The notes below the pieces were generated by a model, which had not been told where the DNA came from, made no database searches, and was given only the letters and a program-made list of their open reading frames with translations. Shown here in pieces: positions 8,185 to 17,407 of a stretch of 31,512 bases of DNA (the stretch's first letter is position 1; the number at the start of each line of letters is the position of its first letter). Origin of the DNA: a bacterium (lineage in GTDB: Bacteria > Zhuqueibacterota > Zhuqueibacteria > Oceanimicrobiales > Oceanimicrobiaceae); contig JBHHXN010000050.1 of assembly GCA_046757025.1 (NCBI GenBank), positions 1 through 31,512 on the forward strand, written 5' to 3'. A program made the translations under genes and the position numbers.

Positions 8185-9639
8185 TTAACCAAAAATGCCG
8201 AAACCCTCTGCAATTAAAGCGCCAGAGGGCTTTTGCTCATTTGAATTTGTGTGTGCGGCTTCTCTGAATGTCTGTCCCATGAGTGAAACGGCATCCCTGT
8301 CATGGAAAGCCAGTTTTCTCATGGCGGTTCGGTTTTGCAAAAGTTCCTGAATCAATTCTTCATAACCAAGTTCGCTCAACAGCAGGCAGGCCGTGATGAT
8401 GCGCGTTTGAATGCAGAAATCGTCGTATTCCAACGAACGATCTGGAAAACTGTGGTGGACATGGCAGCCGCCGGCGCACGTCCACTGGCAAAAACAATCT
8501 TCACACAGCGGCTTTGCCATCGGCAGTTGCCGCACTCGATCGAGGGCGGCGTAATCGATATGTCCTGTGCCGTCAGCGTTGAACTGCCCCACATCCATGT
8601 TCTGTCCGCGCTGCAACCAATCTTCCTGCGGCAAATAACATGCGCTGGCGCGACCGTCCGCCGACACAATCAAAGCGTCGGTTCCCACCGGACAAAAAGA
8701 GATGCGGCTTTTGGCGATGTCCACTGCGGCATTGATGACTTTGATTCCCAGCTTACGGCCAGTTTTGATCGCTCGCATAAAGTTTATCGCAAAGTCGTAC
8801 GGCCTGGGTGGGGTGAGTCCGGCTTTTGTGGAAAGCTCCCCCGGAGTAAGCGGTTCGAAATTCACCACCACCGGATTGAACTCCTGGTACATCCAGCGAA
8901 CGATGGCCTCCAAATCGTGCACCGAATCCTGCGTCACGCAAACGCGCAAACAAAGTTGGACGGGTTTAGTGCTCAAACTGCGAGCCGTTTCCACCACGAG
9001 ATCAAAAGTACCCTGGTTATTCATGGCGGGTCGGTTACGGTTATGCGTATTTTTGAAACCGTCCAGCGACAGCACGATGGCATCGAAATAATCGCCAATA
9101 AAGACGCTTCGGCTTTTACTAAAAACACCGTTGCTGGAAACATCAAAAAAGGGGATCAGGTCGTTCTGGGCGCAGACGTAGCGTGTGCGGTGTACCACGA
9201 TGTCAACCAGCTCGGGGGCAGTGAAGGGCTCCCCACCAAAGAAATGTACACGAAAATATTTTTTACCGCTTTTCTTGAGCCTCTCAGCCATCCAGTCGAT
9301 GGCCGTTATGGCAATCCGAGGATCCATGTTTTCCCGCACCGAGGTGGGTCCGCCGAAATTGCAATAAACGCAATTTATGTTGCATCCTCTCGTGGTGATG
9401 ATGCCGAGAAATGACGGACAGATTTCACCTTTCAAAGGCGAGGGTTTTCGAAGTGGTTTCGTTGCCAGATCACGATATAAATTTGCCAGCTCGGCCGCAC
9501 CCTCAGAAAAATGACCCTGACGAAACTCTGCGGCAGCCGTATTGTTGAGCAGGGCGAAAAGGTCGCAGAGGGGTGCAAAGAGCAGCCACTTGTCCATTAT
9601 CGGAATTAAAAACACCCCATTTTGAGAAGATTTCAGCAT
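8185..9639 (-). CDS. Radical SAM/SPASM-domain peptide maturase (rSAM-1)
   Basis: CNINCVYC, FFGGEP, SSNG, LSLDG, SPASM FCPVG..SAC..CEDCFCQWTCAGGC..FC. Confidence 0.92.
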   Translation of the reverse strand: MLKSSQNGVFLIPIMDKWLLFAPLCDLFALLNNTAAAEFRQGHFSEGAAELANLYRDLATKPLRKPSPLKGEICPSFLGIITTRGCNINCVYCNFGGPTSVRENMDPRIAITAIDWMAERLKKSGKKYFRVHFFGGEPFTAPELVDIVVHRTRYVCAQNDLIPFFDVSSNGVFSKSRSVFIGDYFDAIVLSLDGFKNTHNRNRPAMNNQGTFDLVVETARSLSTKPVQLCLRVCVTQDSVHDLEAIVRWMYQEFNPVVVNFEPLTPGELSTKAGLTPPRPYDFAINFMRAIKTGRKLGIKVINAAVDIAKSRISFCPVGTDALIVSADGRASACYLPQEDWLQRGQNMDVGQFNADGTGHIDYAALDRVRQLPMAKPLCEDCFCQWTCAGGCHVHHSFPDRSLEYDDFCIQTRIITACLLLSELGYEELIQELLQNRTAMRKLAFHDRDAVSLMGQTFREAAHTNSNEQKPSGALIAEGFGIFG

Positions 9640-9650
9640 GCTAATCGGGT

Positions 9651-10118
9651 TTATTCTAATTCTTCAATTTCATTCGCGGGAATACAAATGCGATGTTGAA
9701 TTAGTTTGAAAAACACATTATTAACCTCCCTCCGGGCATTCTCGATATCGATTTGGAAATGGTTAGCCACCTCCTGCGCGGTATTTTCAATAGAAACGGT
9801 TCCTCCAAATCGCGCCAGAATAAACTCGATCACCTCGCTGGCCTCAAACAGATTCACTTCCGTGCCTTTCTCAAGGTGCCGGGCTTTGATCGCGGTGGGC
9901 TCCACGATCAAATTGTATTCCGCCAAGATGGCAGGTTGAATTTTTGCAATAACTTTGTCAGGAAAATTGAAAATCTCTGAAAGTTTCCTCTGGCGAACAC
10001 CCCGCATTTCATCAAACAGAGATGTGGCTTCGGCAAGAAAGGAACGAAAAAATCGACGACGATTGACTTTTTTTTCGATGAGTGACATGGCGCAAGGTGT
10101 TTTTAATCGGGTGCTCAC
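9651..10118 (-). CDS. Protein with C-terminal PqqD/RRE-like domain and N-terminal RRxFF motif
   Basis: The C-terminal EFILARFGGTVSIENTAQEVANHFQIDIENARREVNNVFFKLIQHRIC resembles PqqD helices; the N-terminus has NRRRFFR. The start is either GTG 10118 or ATG 10088 (MSLIEKK). Confidence 0.65.
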   Translation of the reverse strand: MSTRLKTPCAMSLIEKKVNRRRFFRSFLAEATSLFDEMRGVRQRKLSEIFNFPDKVIAKIQPAILAEYNLIVEPTAIKARHLEKGTEVNLFEASEVIEFILARFGGTVSIENTAQEVANHFQIDIENARREVNNVFFKLIQHRICIPANEIEELE

Positions 10119-10130
10119 TCATTTGATCTG

Positions 10131-10210
10131 GTGTGAAAAGTAACCGAAACGGCTCTAAACTCGACCACACATAGATGTCATTCTCTATGTTTGACTTTTC
10201 ACACAGCCTC
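10131..10210. repeat. Inverted-repeat element of the same family as 23372-23552
   Basis: GTGTGAAAAGT...ACTTTTCACAC. The reverse complement of the right arm, GAGGCTGTGTGAAAAGTCAA, matches GAGCCTGTGTGAAAAGTCAA at 23373. Confidence 0.65.
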
Positions 10211-10595
10211 ATTCAGAAAACGGTCTTCGTTACTTCCTGGAACTTTCAGTTGCGCGTCATTCAGCAGAACGAAAAATTCCGTTTAGTAAAATACTTGGAG
10301 TATGCAAAGTTGATTCGCTTTTCTAAAGAGTCCTCCCAAAAGTGAGCCCCAACACAGATCGTCTTTAGCTCGCAAGTACAAATTGAAAATAGTGAATAAA
10401 AAACAGAAATGAATTCGAGAAGCTGCTTTCTGCAACCCTATTTTCGATCCCCGGGCTATTTTCAGAAAGATTCTTGGCTTTATTTATAGTGTTAGAAAAA
10501 CCGATGCTTAAGAGTGAGAGATTTCAGAAAGTACAGGTATCCGCTACTACTCGGAAAAGAAAATACGATTACGTTTTCGCTTTAAACGTTAAATA

Positions 10596-10624
10596 ATTAT
10601 ACTCATTCATTTTCATAAAAGCAA
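10596..10624 (-). promoter_or_regulatory. Sigma70-type promoter facing the rSAM operon
   Basis: Minus strand TTGCTT (10624-10619), 17-nt spacer, TATAAT (10601-10596), AT-rich upstream. Confidence 0.6.
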
Positions 10625-11093
10625 GTAAAAAAATTTGTCTTATCTCAAATTGAACAAGACTTTCATCGTCTACAATGTTTTGAATTTCTAATAACAGTTT
10701 AAAGTTGTTTTTCTGCGTATAGTAAACAGCTACTATTCATCAAAACCGTCATGCAGAGCATCTCACTGAAAGAACCAGTGCAAATCATCTTGTGAACCGG
10801 TTAAGAGATTTTTCGCACATCGGAACCAGTGGAGATGAACAAAGACACCGGAAATTGCGCAGAGAACGACCACCCCGGCTGAAGAGTTACAGTAAGCATT
10901 TAATTTAACTTGAAGTTCCTACATCATGTGGCGTTCCATTCCAAGTCTTTTCGAGAGAATATCAGTGTTATAAAATAGCCCTTAAAAAAGACCGACCGTA
11001 GCAAATCGACCTTCGAAAATATTTTTTGAAATTTTCGGCTGTGAAGAAGACGTTAACCGTTGCACTTTTCGTGATATCCGTTCACGATGAAAA

Positions 11094-11318
11094 TCACTTT
11101 GGTTTTTTCTTTTTAACTCGAATGTAAGTCCTATTTCGAGCAAGAAACTCGATGAGAACGGCTGAAAGACGGCTGTTTGGTAATACCTTTTTTAGGTGGG
11201 GACAGATTCCAGCCAACATGACATCAAGGGATTGTCTTTGAACCTCAGCAAAAGTGATGCACATAAAGAACGCTGCAAGCAACATTTCAATAAACAGAAT
11301 GCGAAATTCTGATTTCAT
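11094..11318 (-). CDS. Small hypothetical ORF or gene remnant with signal-peptide-like N-terminus
   Basis: 74 aa; MKSEFRILFIEMLLAAFFMCITFA looks like a signal peptide, but the remainder is unrecognisable. Confidence 0.2.
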   Translation of the reverse strand: MKSEFRILFIEMLLAAFFMCITFAEVQRQSLDVMLAGICPHLKKVLPNSRLSAVLIEFLARNRTYIRVKKKKPK

Positions 11319-11384
11319 AATGGATGATCATATTGGAAATTTTGTAAGTGGGCTCCTGATCTTAATGGCACGTTAATGATATCA

Positions 11385-11543
11385 TAATGTCTGAACGAAA
11401 ACTCGAAAAATGCACGATTTCTAAACCTGTTCGCGATGGCGTCCCTTCGACATAGCTCAGGACAGGCTCCGCCTAATTAAGCAGGAATACCCCCTCAGCG
11501 TGGAGGCCATCGGGAAGATAGTGTCGTTTTCGTTCAGACACTA
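11385..11543. mobile_element. MITE-like element with terminal inverted repeats
   Basis: Perfect 15-bp IR TGTCTGAACGAAAAC (11388-11402) / GTTTTCGTTCAGACA (11526-11540), extendable with one mismatch to TA at both ends. Internal CCCTTCGACATAGCTCAGGACAGG REP-like motif. Confidence 0.6.
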
Positions 11544-11771
11544 AATACAAATTCATCAGCTTATCTGATATTTTTTGTTAAAATTATTTAAGTGCGAAAC
11601 TTGAGTTATTATTAGTTGATACCTAAATTGAGCGATGGAGCCTTGAATTTATTAAGAAATGAGGGATGGCTTTGGAAGACATGATTCAAGATGATTGTCC
11701 CCATTCCCCGGCACACCGAAATTCGTACTGACGATGAATCACTCAGTTCAGGGTAACGTGAAAACTCAGCT

Positions 11772-12761
11772 TCAAGGAGACACCTCCGTTCCCAAACTTA
11801 GTTTCTCCGCATTCACTAGCGCCTGACTGGCAGCAGCTAAATCCTGTACTGCGTTGCCCACGGATTTAAAAAAAGTGATCTCCGTGTCAGAGGTACGGCC
11901 CGGTTTTGTGCCAGCCGCGATTTCGCCGATTTCCGCATAAACATGATCGGTGTCGATAAGTCCCGCCTGCAGCGGCTGCAGCAAATCGCCGGCTTCGCGC
12001 AAACACGACGGCCGGTGATCGACGATGACTTTCGCCTGCTGCACGGTTTCCACCGGAATCTCGGCCATGTCCGGGCGGTAGGCGCCGATGCCGTTGATGT
12101 GTACGCCTGGCCGCAAATGTTGATGCCAGAAAACCGGCGTCGTGGCGGTGGTTGCGGTACAGATTATATCCGCATGCTTCAGCAAATCCAACTCATTTGG
12201 CACTTCAATTGTGATCGCTAATTTTTTCTGCATCTCCCTGGCAAATCTCACCGCCTTTGAGGGATCGACGTCGAAGACGAAAGCCCTCTCGATGGTTCTG
12301 ACTGCGCACACGGCTTCGAGCTGCGCGCGACCCTGTACGCCGGCGCCAAAGATGGCGGCAACCCGGGCGTCCGAACGTGCCAGCAGATCCGTGGCCAGTC
12401 CGGAGGCGGCACCGGTGCGCAGGGCCGTCAGATATTCGCCATCCATCAATGCCAGCGGTTGGCCGGTGACGGAATCCAAAACCACTATCATGGCATGAAT
12501 CAGCGGCAGCCCATTGGGCGGGTTTTCATCCATGATGGACACAATTTTGACGCCAATCTTGCGATTTTCTTCAAGGTAGGCTGGCATGAACAACACCCGG
12601 CCTTTTTCCTTTGGCACCTCCAGGTTCATCCGAACCGGCACCACGGCCAGCCCGGACGAAAGCTGCACAAAAGCCTCTTTCATCAGGGCGATGGCCTCTT
12701 TCAGGGACAGCGCTTTTTTGACGTCTTCCCTGGAAAGTACGCGAATGGTTTGATTTGTCAT
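11772..12761 (-). CDS. Ornithine cyclodeaminase/mu-crystallin family protein, probable delta1-pyrroline-2-carboxylate reductase
   Basis: [35 protein letters not shown] and [10 protein letters not shown] motifs; clustered with a trans-3-hydroxyproline dehydratase. Confidence 0.85.
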   Translation of the reverse strand: MTNQTIRVLSREDVKKALSLKEAIALMKEAFVQLSSGLAVVPVRMNLEVPKEKGRVLFMPAYLEENRKIGVKIVSIMDENPPNGLPLIHAMIVVLDSVTGQPLALMDGEYLTALRTGAASGLATDLLARSDARVAAIFGAGVQGRAQLEAVCAVRTIERAFVFDVDPSKAVRFAREMQKKLAITIEVPNELDLLKHADIICTATTATTPVFWHQHLRPGVHINGIGAYRPDMAEIPVETVQQAKVIVDHRPSCLREAGDLLQPLQAGLIDTDHVYAEIGEIAAGTKPGRTSDTEITFFKSVGNAVQDLAAASQALVNAEKLSLGTEVSP

Positions 12762-12809
12762 TGAACTTTCCTTAAAGAAAAGGGGTGCAGAGAATAAAAT
12801 GATTCACAA

Positions 12810-13320
12810 CGCGACAAAGCCGCAAACAGCAATTGAATCACAGAATTCCAGACGCAGCCTTTTGACACAATAAATAATTAAACCACGGATTGACCCGGAT
12901 ACGCACGGATGAATGCCTATTGTGAAAAATAATAGACGAATTCATAAAGCTAAAAATTTTAAATGTACTTACAACCACATTTATTGAAACTGTGTTTTAT
13001 CCGTTCTACAAACCTGCAATGTTGTGTTTTTTTTACTAAGTTTCTGAGTGGACTCTGGTTGCCAAATATCTGTACAGCGTGAAAGCCATTAACGCAGAGG
13101 CGCGAAGGACGCAGAGGTTCGCAATGATTTTTGATTTTACTTGGATTATTCACAAATCAGGATTTTACGCTCAAAATCGAAAAACTGAGTACGGAGCATT
13201 TTTAAAATAGTCCTGTTTTTTATTTAAATTATTTCTTTTTTCTCTGCGGTCCTCTGCGCCATCGGAGTTTTATGCGTTTAACATTCTGGTCGCGGCTTTA
13301 CAGCGCGGTGCAAATCCGTG
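12810..13320. repeat. Nested palindromic repeat elements in a long intergenic region
   Basis: AAAGCCGCAAACAG (about 12816) pairs with CTGGTCGCGGCTTT (13286). CACGGAT-like repeats at 12881-12910 pair with ATCCGTG at 13314. ACGCAGAG repeats at 13091-13116 pair with CTCTGCG repeats at 13242-13258. Confidence 0.6.
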
Positions 13321-13451
13321 TCTAAAATATTTTAAATAGTTAGTTAGTCAAAACATTGTCATAAAACAATAAACTGCAGATTAGTATTACAGAATTTGGA
13401 TAAAATGTTTTTACTCTTTGGCGACTTCATCCTCATATTTATGATGTTGAA

Positions 13452-14840
13452 TTAGCTTGATGCTAATTCCTCGACCTCGGCAACGGTTTTTGGAATAGGC
13501 TTTCCCAGGATTCGACATCCTGTGTCCGTTACCAGCACGTCCTCTTCGATGCGAATGCCGCCAAACTCTCGGTACTTTTCCACTTCCTCATAATTAATGA
13601 AATCTGTAAATTTCTTTTCCGCCCGCCATCTGTCCATCAATTGCGGAATAAAATAGAGCCCCGGCTCCACGGTGATGACATAGCCCGGCTGGAGTCGTTT
13701 ACCCAGCCGCAAAGAGCGCAGTCCGAACTGCTCGCTGCGTTGGGTTTCCTCGTCGTATCCCACCAGGTCTTCGCCCAGCGCCTCCATGTCGTGCACATCC
13801 AGTCCCATCATGTGCCCGAGCCCGCACTGAAAAAACAGCGCATGCGCCCCCGCTGCCACCGCCTCTTTGACATTGCCTTTCATCAGTTGGTTATCTTTTA
13901 GTCCCTGTGTAAGATGTTCACAAGCCAACAGATGAATGTCTTTGAATTTGGCACCGGGCTTCACCGCGTCGATGGCAAACTGCAGCGCATTGTAAACAAT
14001 TTGATACATGGTTTTCTGCAGATCGGTGAATTGACCGGAGACCGGTATAGTGCGCGTGATGTCGCTGGCATAGTGCCAAGCCGAAGCCGCGCCGCAATCG
14101 TTCACCACCATATCGCCGGCATGCATGGTGTTGCCGTGGTAGTGATTGTGCAAGGTTTCCCCGTGTACGGAAAAGATAATGGGAAATGCCAGCTCACCGC
14201 CCCGGGCATGCGCCAGACCCGCCATCATACCCGCGATCTCTCGTTCGATCATGCCTGGCTGCGTTTGGCGCATGGCGGTGGTGTGCATTTCATAACTGAT
14301 GTCGAGAGCGGCATCGATTTGAGTAATCTCCTCCGACGATTTGACCGAACGCTGATCGACAACGATTTCGACCAGCTCGTGCGATACGGAATGATCGACT
14401 TGCGTGGGAGTCATGCCGGAAATTTGACTGAGTAAAATTAAATTTTCTGCGCGATACAACGGTAAAAAATGTATTTTTCTTCCTTTTTTAAGGGCCTTTT
14501 GTAATTCGATCTCTAACTGCTCGAACGGCGCGCTTTCTGCCACGCCCACTTTTTCGCTTTCTTCGCGCAAAAGCGGCTGCGGACCCGTCCAGACGATCTC
14601 TTCCACGGTCGCATCGTTGCCAAAAAGAACCTGCCGGTTTTCGTCTACATCCATCACCGCGGCGAGTCCCGGCGAATCCAACCCCCAGTAGTACAAGAAG
14701 GAGCTATCCTGCCGAAACGGATAAGCGTTGTCGCGGTAGTTTATAGGGCTTTCCTGGTTTCCCAAAAAGATCAGAATTCCCGAATCAATTTGTCGCATTA
14801 GATTCTGTCTTCGTTCGCTGTAAATTTTAGCATCAAACAT
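13452..14840 (-). CDS. Xaa-Pro aminopeptidase/prolidase (M24B)
   Basis: FRQDSSFLYYWG, LHNH, DCGA..YASDITRT, GHMMGLDVHD, TVEPGLYF, GIRIEED; GGAGG RBS. Confidence 0.92.
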   Translation of the reverse strand: MFDAKIYSERRQNLMRQIDSGILIFLGNQESPINYRDNAYPFRQDSSFLYYWGLDSPGLAAVMDVDENRQVLFGNDATVEEIVWTGPQPLLREESEKVGVAESAPFEQLEIELQKALKKGRKIHFLPLYRAENLILLSQISGMTPTQVDHSVSHELVEIVVDQRSVKSSEEITQIDAALDISYEMHTTAMRQTQPGMIEREIAGMMAGLAHARGGELAFPIIFSVHGETLHNHYHGNTMHAGDMVVNDCGAASAWHYASDITRTIPVSGQFTDLQKTMYQIVYNALQFAIDAVKPGAKFKDIHLLACEHLTQGLKDNQLMKGNVKEAVAAGAHALFFQCGLGHMMGLDVHDMEALGEDLVGYDEETQRSEQFGLRSLRLGKRLQPGYVITVEPGLYFIPQLMDRWRAEKKFTDFINYEEVEKYREFGGIRIEEDVLVTDTGCRILGKPIPKTVAEVEELASS

Positions 14841-14881
14841 GTCGCCTCCGGTTGTCGGTTATTATTGGATTGATTTATACA

Positions 14882-15670
14882 TTAAGCTAGACCGCCGCCG
14901 TCCACCACCAGATGGGCGCCGGTGACCCAACTGGACAATTTACTGGCAAAGAAAAGAACCGCATTGGCCACGTCCTCCGGCTGCCCCACCCGATTGAGCG
15001 GCCGTTTCGCCGCCTCCCGCAAAAACTCATTTTGGTCGATGCCCAGCTGCCGGGCTTCGTTGTGCAGCAATTCGGTTTCCACATCCCCGGGACAAACACA
15101 GTTCACGCGAATTTGGTGTTTACCGTGATCGATGGCCATGGCACGCGTCAGATTGAGCACCCCGCCTTTGGCCGCACAATAGGCAGCAGCCTTAGCGCCG
15201 CCTTTTAACGACCAGCCCGAACCCGTGTTGATGATGCTGCCGCCGCCGTTTTTGATCATGTGTGGAATAATCTGTTTTGATAGCAGATAGATTGATTTCA
15301 GGTCGGTATCCACCACCCGATCCCATTCTTCTTCGGTCAATTCAAGGACGTTATTGCGACGGATAACGCCGGCGTTGTTGAACAGAATGTCTATTTTGTT
15401 GAAGCGGTGAAGGATCTCATCCGTGACTTTTTCACAGTCCGTTTTTGAAATAACATCGCAGAGAAAAAAGTGCGCCCGGCCGCCAACATCTTGAATCTCT
15501 TTTGCAACCTGTTCGCCAGAGCTGACGTTGACGTCTAACAAAGCCACCGTAGCGGCCAATTCTGCAAATCGTATGGCGGTAGCGCGACCAATTCCGGAAG
15601 CGGCGCCAGTCACAACGGCTACTTTGTCTTCTAATGAAATGAGCTGCGTCGCTCGGGTTTGGGTGTTCAT
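14882..15670 (-). CDS. Short-chain dehydrogenase/reductase (SDR)
   Basis: TGAASGIG, NNAG, YCAAK catalytic motif, IRVNCVCPG. Confidence 0.92.
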   Translation of the reverse strand: MNTQTRATQLISLEDKVAVVTGAASGIGRATAIRFAELAATVALLDVNVSSGEQVAKEIQDVGGRAHFFLCDVISKTDCEKVTDEILHRFNKIDILFNNAGVIRRNNVLELTEEEWDRVVDTDLKSIYLLSKQIIPHMIKNGGGSIINTGSGWSLKGGAKAAAYCAAKGGVLNLTRAMAIDHGKHQIRVNCVCPGDVETELLHNEARQLGIDQNEFLREAAKRPLNRVGQPEDVANAVLFFASKLSSWVTGAHLVVDGGGLA

Positions 15671-15709
15671 ATAATTTACTCCAAAAGTTAGTCAGAGTTC
15701 GTAATCCGC

Positions 15710-17035
15710 TCAAAAAATTTTGGCCAGCGCTTTTTCAACAGCCGCCAACGTCACGGCCACATCTTCTGCGGAGTGCGCCAGACTGACGATAGAATGCAAA
15801 ACAGCCGAAGGTGTGGTGTACACCCCCTGCTCAAACAAGGCCAGCACCAGACGCTGGTATTTCGCCCGGTCCACAAACTGGCAGAACTCCCGGTAATCGC
15901 GGATGGCGGGCTTTTCAGTAAACATAATTTGCAGCATGGGCCCGACGTTTTGCACGATAGCCGGAATTTTCTTTTCCTTGAATAGGTTGCGCAAACCGTT
16001 ACAAAGTTTATCTGCGATCTGCCAGATATGTTTGAACGCCGCCCCCTGGTTTTCATTTAACACCTGTAAACAAGCGCGGGTAGCGTGCAGGCCGATTCGT
16101 GAAGCGTTCTGCGTACCGTAGTGCAGCACCCCGCCCCATGTCAGGGCTTGCATAATTTCAGCTCGACCAACCAAACAGGCCACCGGCAAGCCGCATCCCA
16201 GGGCTTTGCCAAAAGTCGAAATGTCCGGCTGCAGATGGTAATATTCCTGGCAGCCGCCGGCCGCCACGCGAAAGCCGGTAACGGTTTCATCCAGAATGAA
16301 AAGAATATTGTTAGAACGAGCCAGCTCCTGTAACGCTTGCAGATAACCCGGGTCGGGTGGAATGACGCCCATGTTGGCCATGACGCCTTCGGTGATGATG
16401 GCCGCGATCTGGCCGCGATCGGTTTCTATGGCCCGCTCTACCGCGGACAGATCGTTCCAGGGCAGGACGATGGTGTCTGCCAACGCATGCCGATTCAAAC
16501 CTGAGCTGTCCGCGATTTTGATGGGATCATGAGGATGCCCCAGAGAAACCACGGGCTGTGGATTGGAGTTGACCAGAAAGTCATCATACCAGCCGTGGTA
16601 GTGTCCTTCAAATTTGATAAATTGTGGTTTGCCGGTGTATCCTCGGGCCAGGCGAATGGCGGCCATGGCGGCTTCGGTGCCCGTGTTTGCAAATCGCACC
16701 CGTTCGGCGCCAGGGATCATCTTTTGTATCAATTCCGCCACTTCGATTTCGATTTCGGTGGCCGCCGCAAAGTGCGCGCCGCTGATAGCCGCTGCGCTCA
16801 AGGCTTGCGCCACCCGCGGATGAGCGTGTCCCAGGGGCAGCGCACCGTAAGCCATCATCCAGTCGAGGTAACGATTGCCATCGACGTCGTAAATGTGCGC
16901 GCCTTCCCCGCGTTCGATGAACAGCGGATACTCGCCGTAATTCACCGGCCCCCTGGAAGCCGAGCTGCCGCCTTCGATCATGACTTTGGTGGCGCGTTTA
17001 AACAGGTTTTTGGATGTTTGGGTTAAATAGGTCAT
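15710..17035 (-). CDS. Class III PLP-dependent aminotransferase (glutamate-1-semialdehyde aminomutase-like)
   Basis: DVDGNRYLD, LGHAHP, NTGTEA, FEGHYHG, ILDETVTGFR, FGKALG. The likely start is ATG 17035; the ORF track uses TTG 17059. Confidence 0.88.
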   Translation of the reverse strand: MTYLTQTSKNLFKRATKVMIEGGSSASRGPVNYGEYPLFIERGEGAHIYDVDGNRYLDWMMAYGALPLGHAHPRVAQALSAAAISGAHFAAATEIEIEVAELIQKMIPGAERVRFANTGTEAAMAAIRLARGYTGKPQFIKFEGHYHGWYDDFLVNSNPQPVVSLGHPHDPIKIADSSGLNRHALADTIVLPWNDLSAVERAIETDRGQIAAIITEGVMANMGVIPPDPGYLQALQELARSNNILFILDETVTGFRVAAGGCQEYYHLQPDISTFGKALGCGLPVACLVGRAEIMQALTWGGVLHYGTQNASRIGLHATRACLQVLNENQGAAFKHIWQIADKLCNGLRNLFKEKKIPAIVQNVGPMLQIMFTEKPAIRDYREFCQFVDRAKYQRLVLALFEQGVYTTPSAVLHSIVSLAHSAEDVAVTLAAVEKALAKIF

Positions 17036-17100
17036 TGGATATTCCAGTTTGAAGTGCAACGAACTGAGAAAATAAATTTATCAAAGCAGTCATTTTTTAC

Positions 17101-17137
17101 TTGATCGATACGTATGTTATCATTATATTTTTACGTA
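17101..17137 (+). promoter_or_regulatory. Sigma70 promoter of the TA operon with two TACGTA palindromes (putative autoregulatory operator)
   Basis: TTGATC (17101-06), 17-nt spacer, TATATT (17124-29). TACGTA at 17109-14 and 17132-37. AGGAGG RBS follows. Confidence 0.6.
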
Positions 17138-17155
17138 TAAATATTTAAGGAGGTA

Positions 17156-17407
17156 ATGATGAATACAAAACTCACGTTAAAACTCGATAAACAAGCCATT
17201 GAGAGCGCAAAAGAATATGCACAGAAAACCAATCAAAGTCTATCTATTTTGGTTCAAAATTTTTTTAATGTCATAGCTGCAAAAGTTGATAATCAAAATG
17301 ATGATATTTCACCACTTGTGCAAGAATTATCTGGCATCATTCATTTAGAAAATAACATTGATCTTAAAGAAGAGTATCATAAACATATCAACGAGAAATA
17401 TTCATAG
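17156..17407 (+). CDS. Antitoxin, ribbon-helix-helix type (DUF6364-like)
   Basis: MNTKLTLKLD..IESAKEYA....SLS.LV pattern; 1-nt overlap with the downstream PIN gene. Confidence 0.8.
   Translation: MMNTKLTLKLDKQAIESAKEYAQKTNQSLSILVQNFFNVIAAKVDNQNDDISPLVQELSGIIHLENNIDLKEEYHKHINEKYS

Noticed and set aside
8302..9414. 370-aa plus-strand ORF
   Set aside because: Antisense to rSAM-1 with no recognisable motifs
10012..10212. 66-aa ORF as an additional precursor peptide
   Set aside because: It begins inside a repeat element, overlaps the RRE gene out of frame and shares nothing with the two precursors
15710..17035. Assignment as hemL
   Set aside because: Family-level similarity only; there are no tetrapyrrole genes and the context is catabolic
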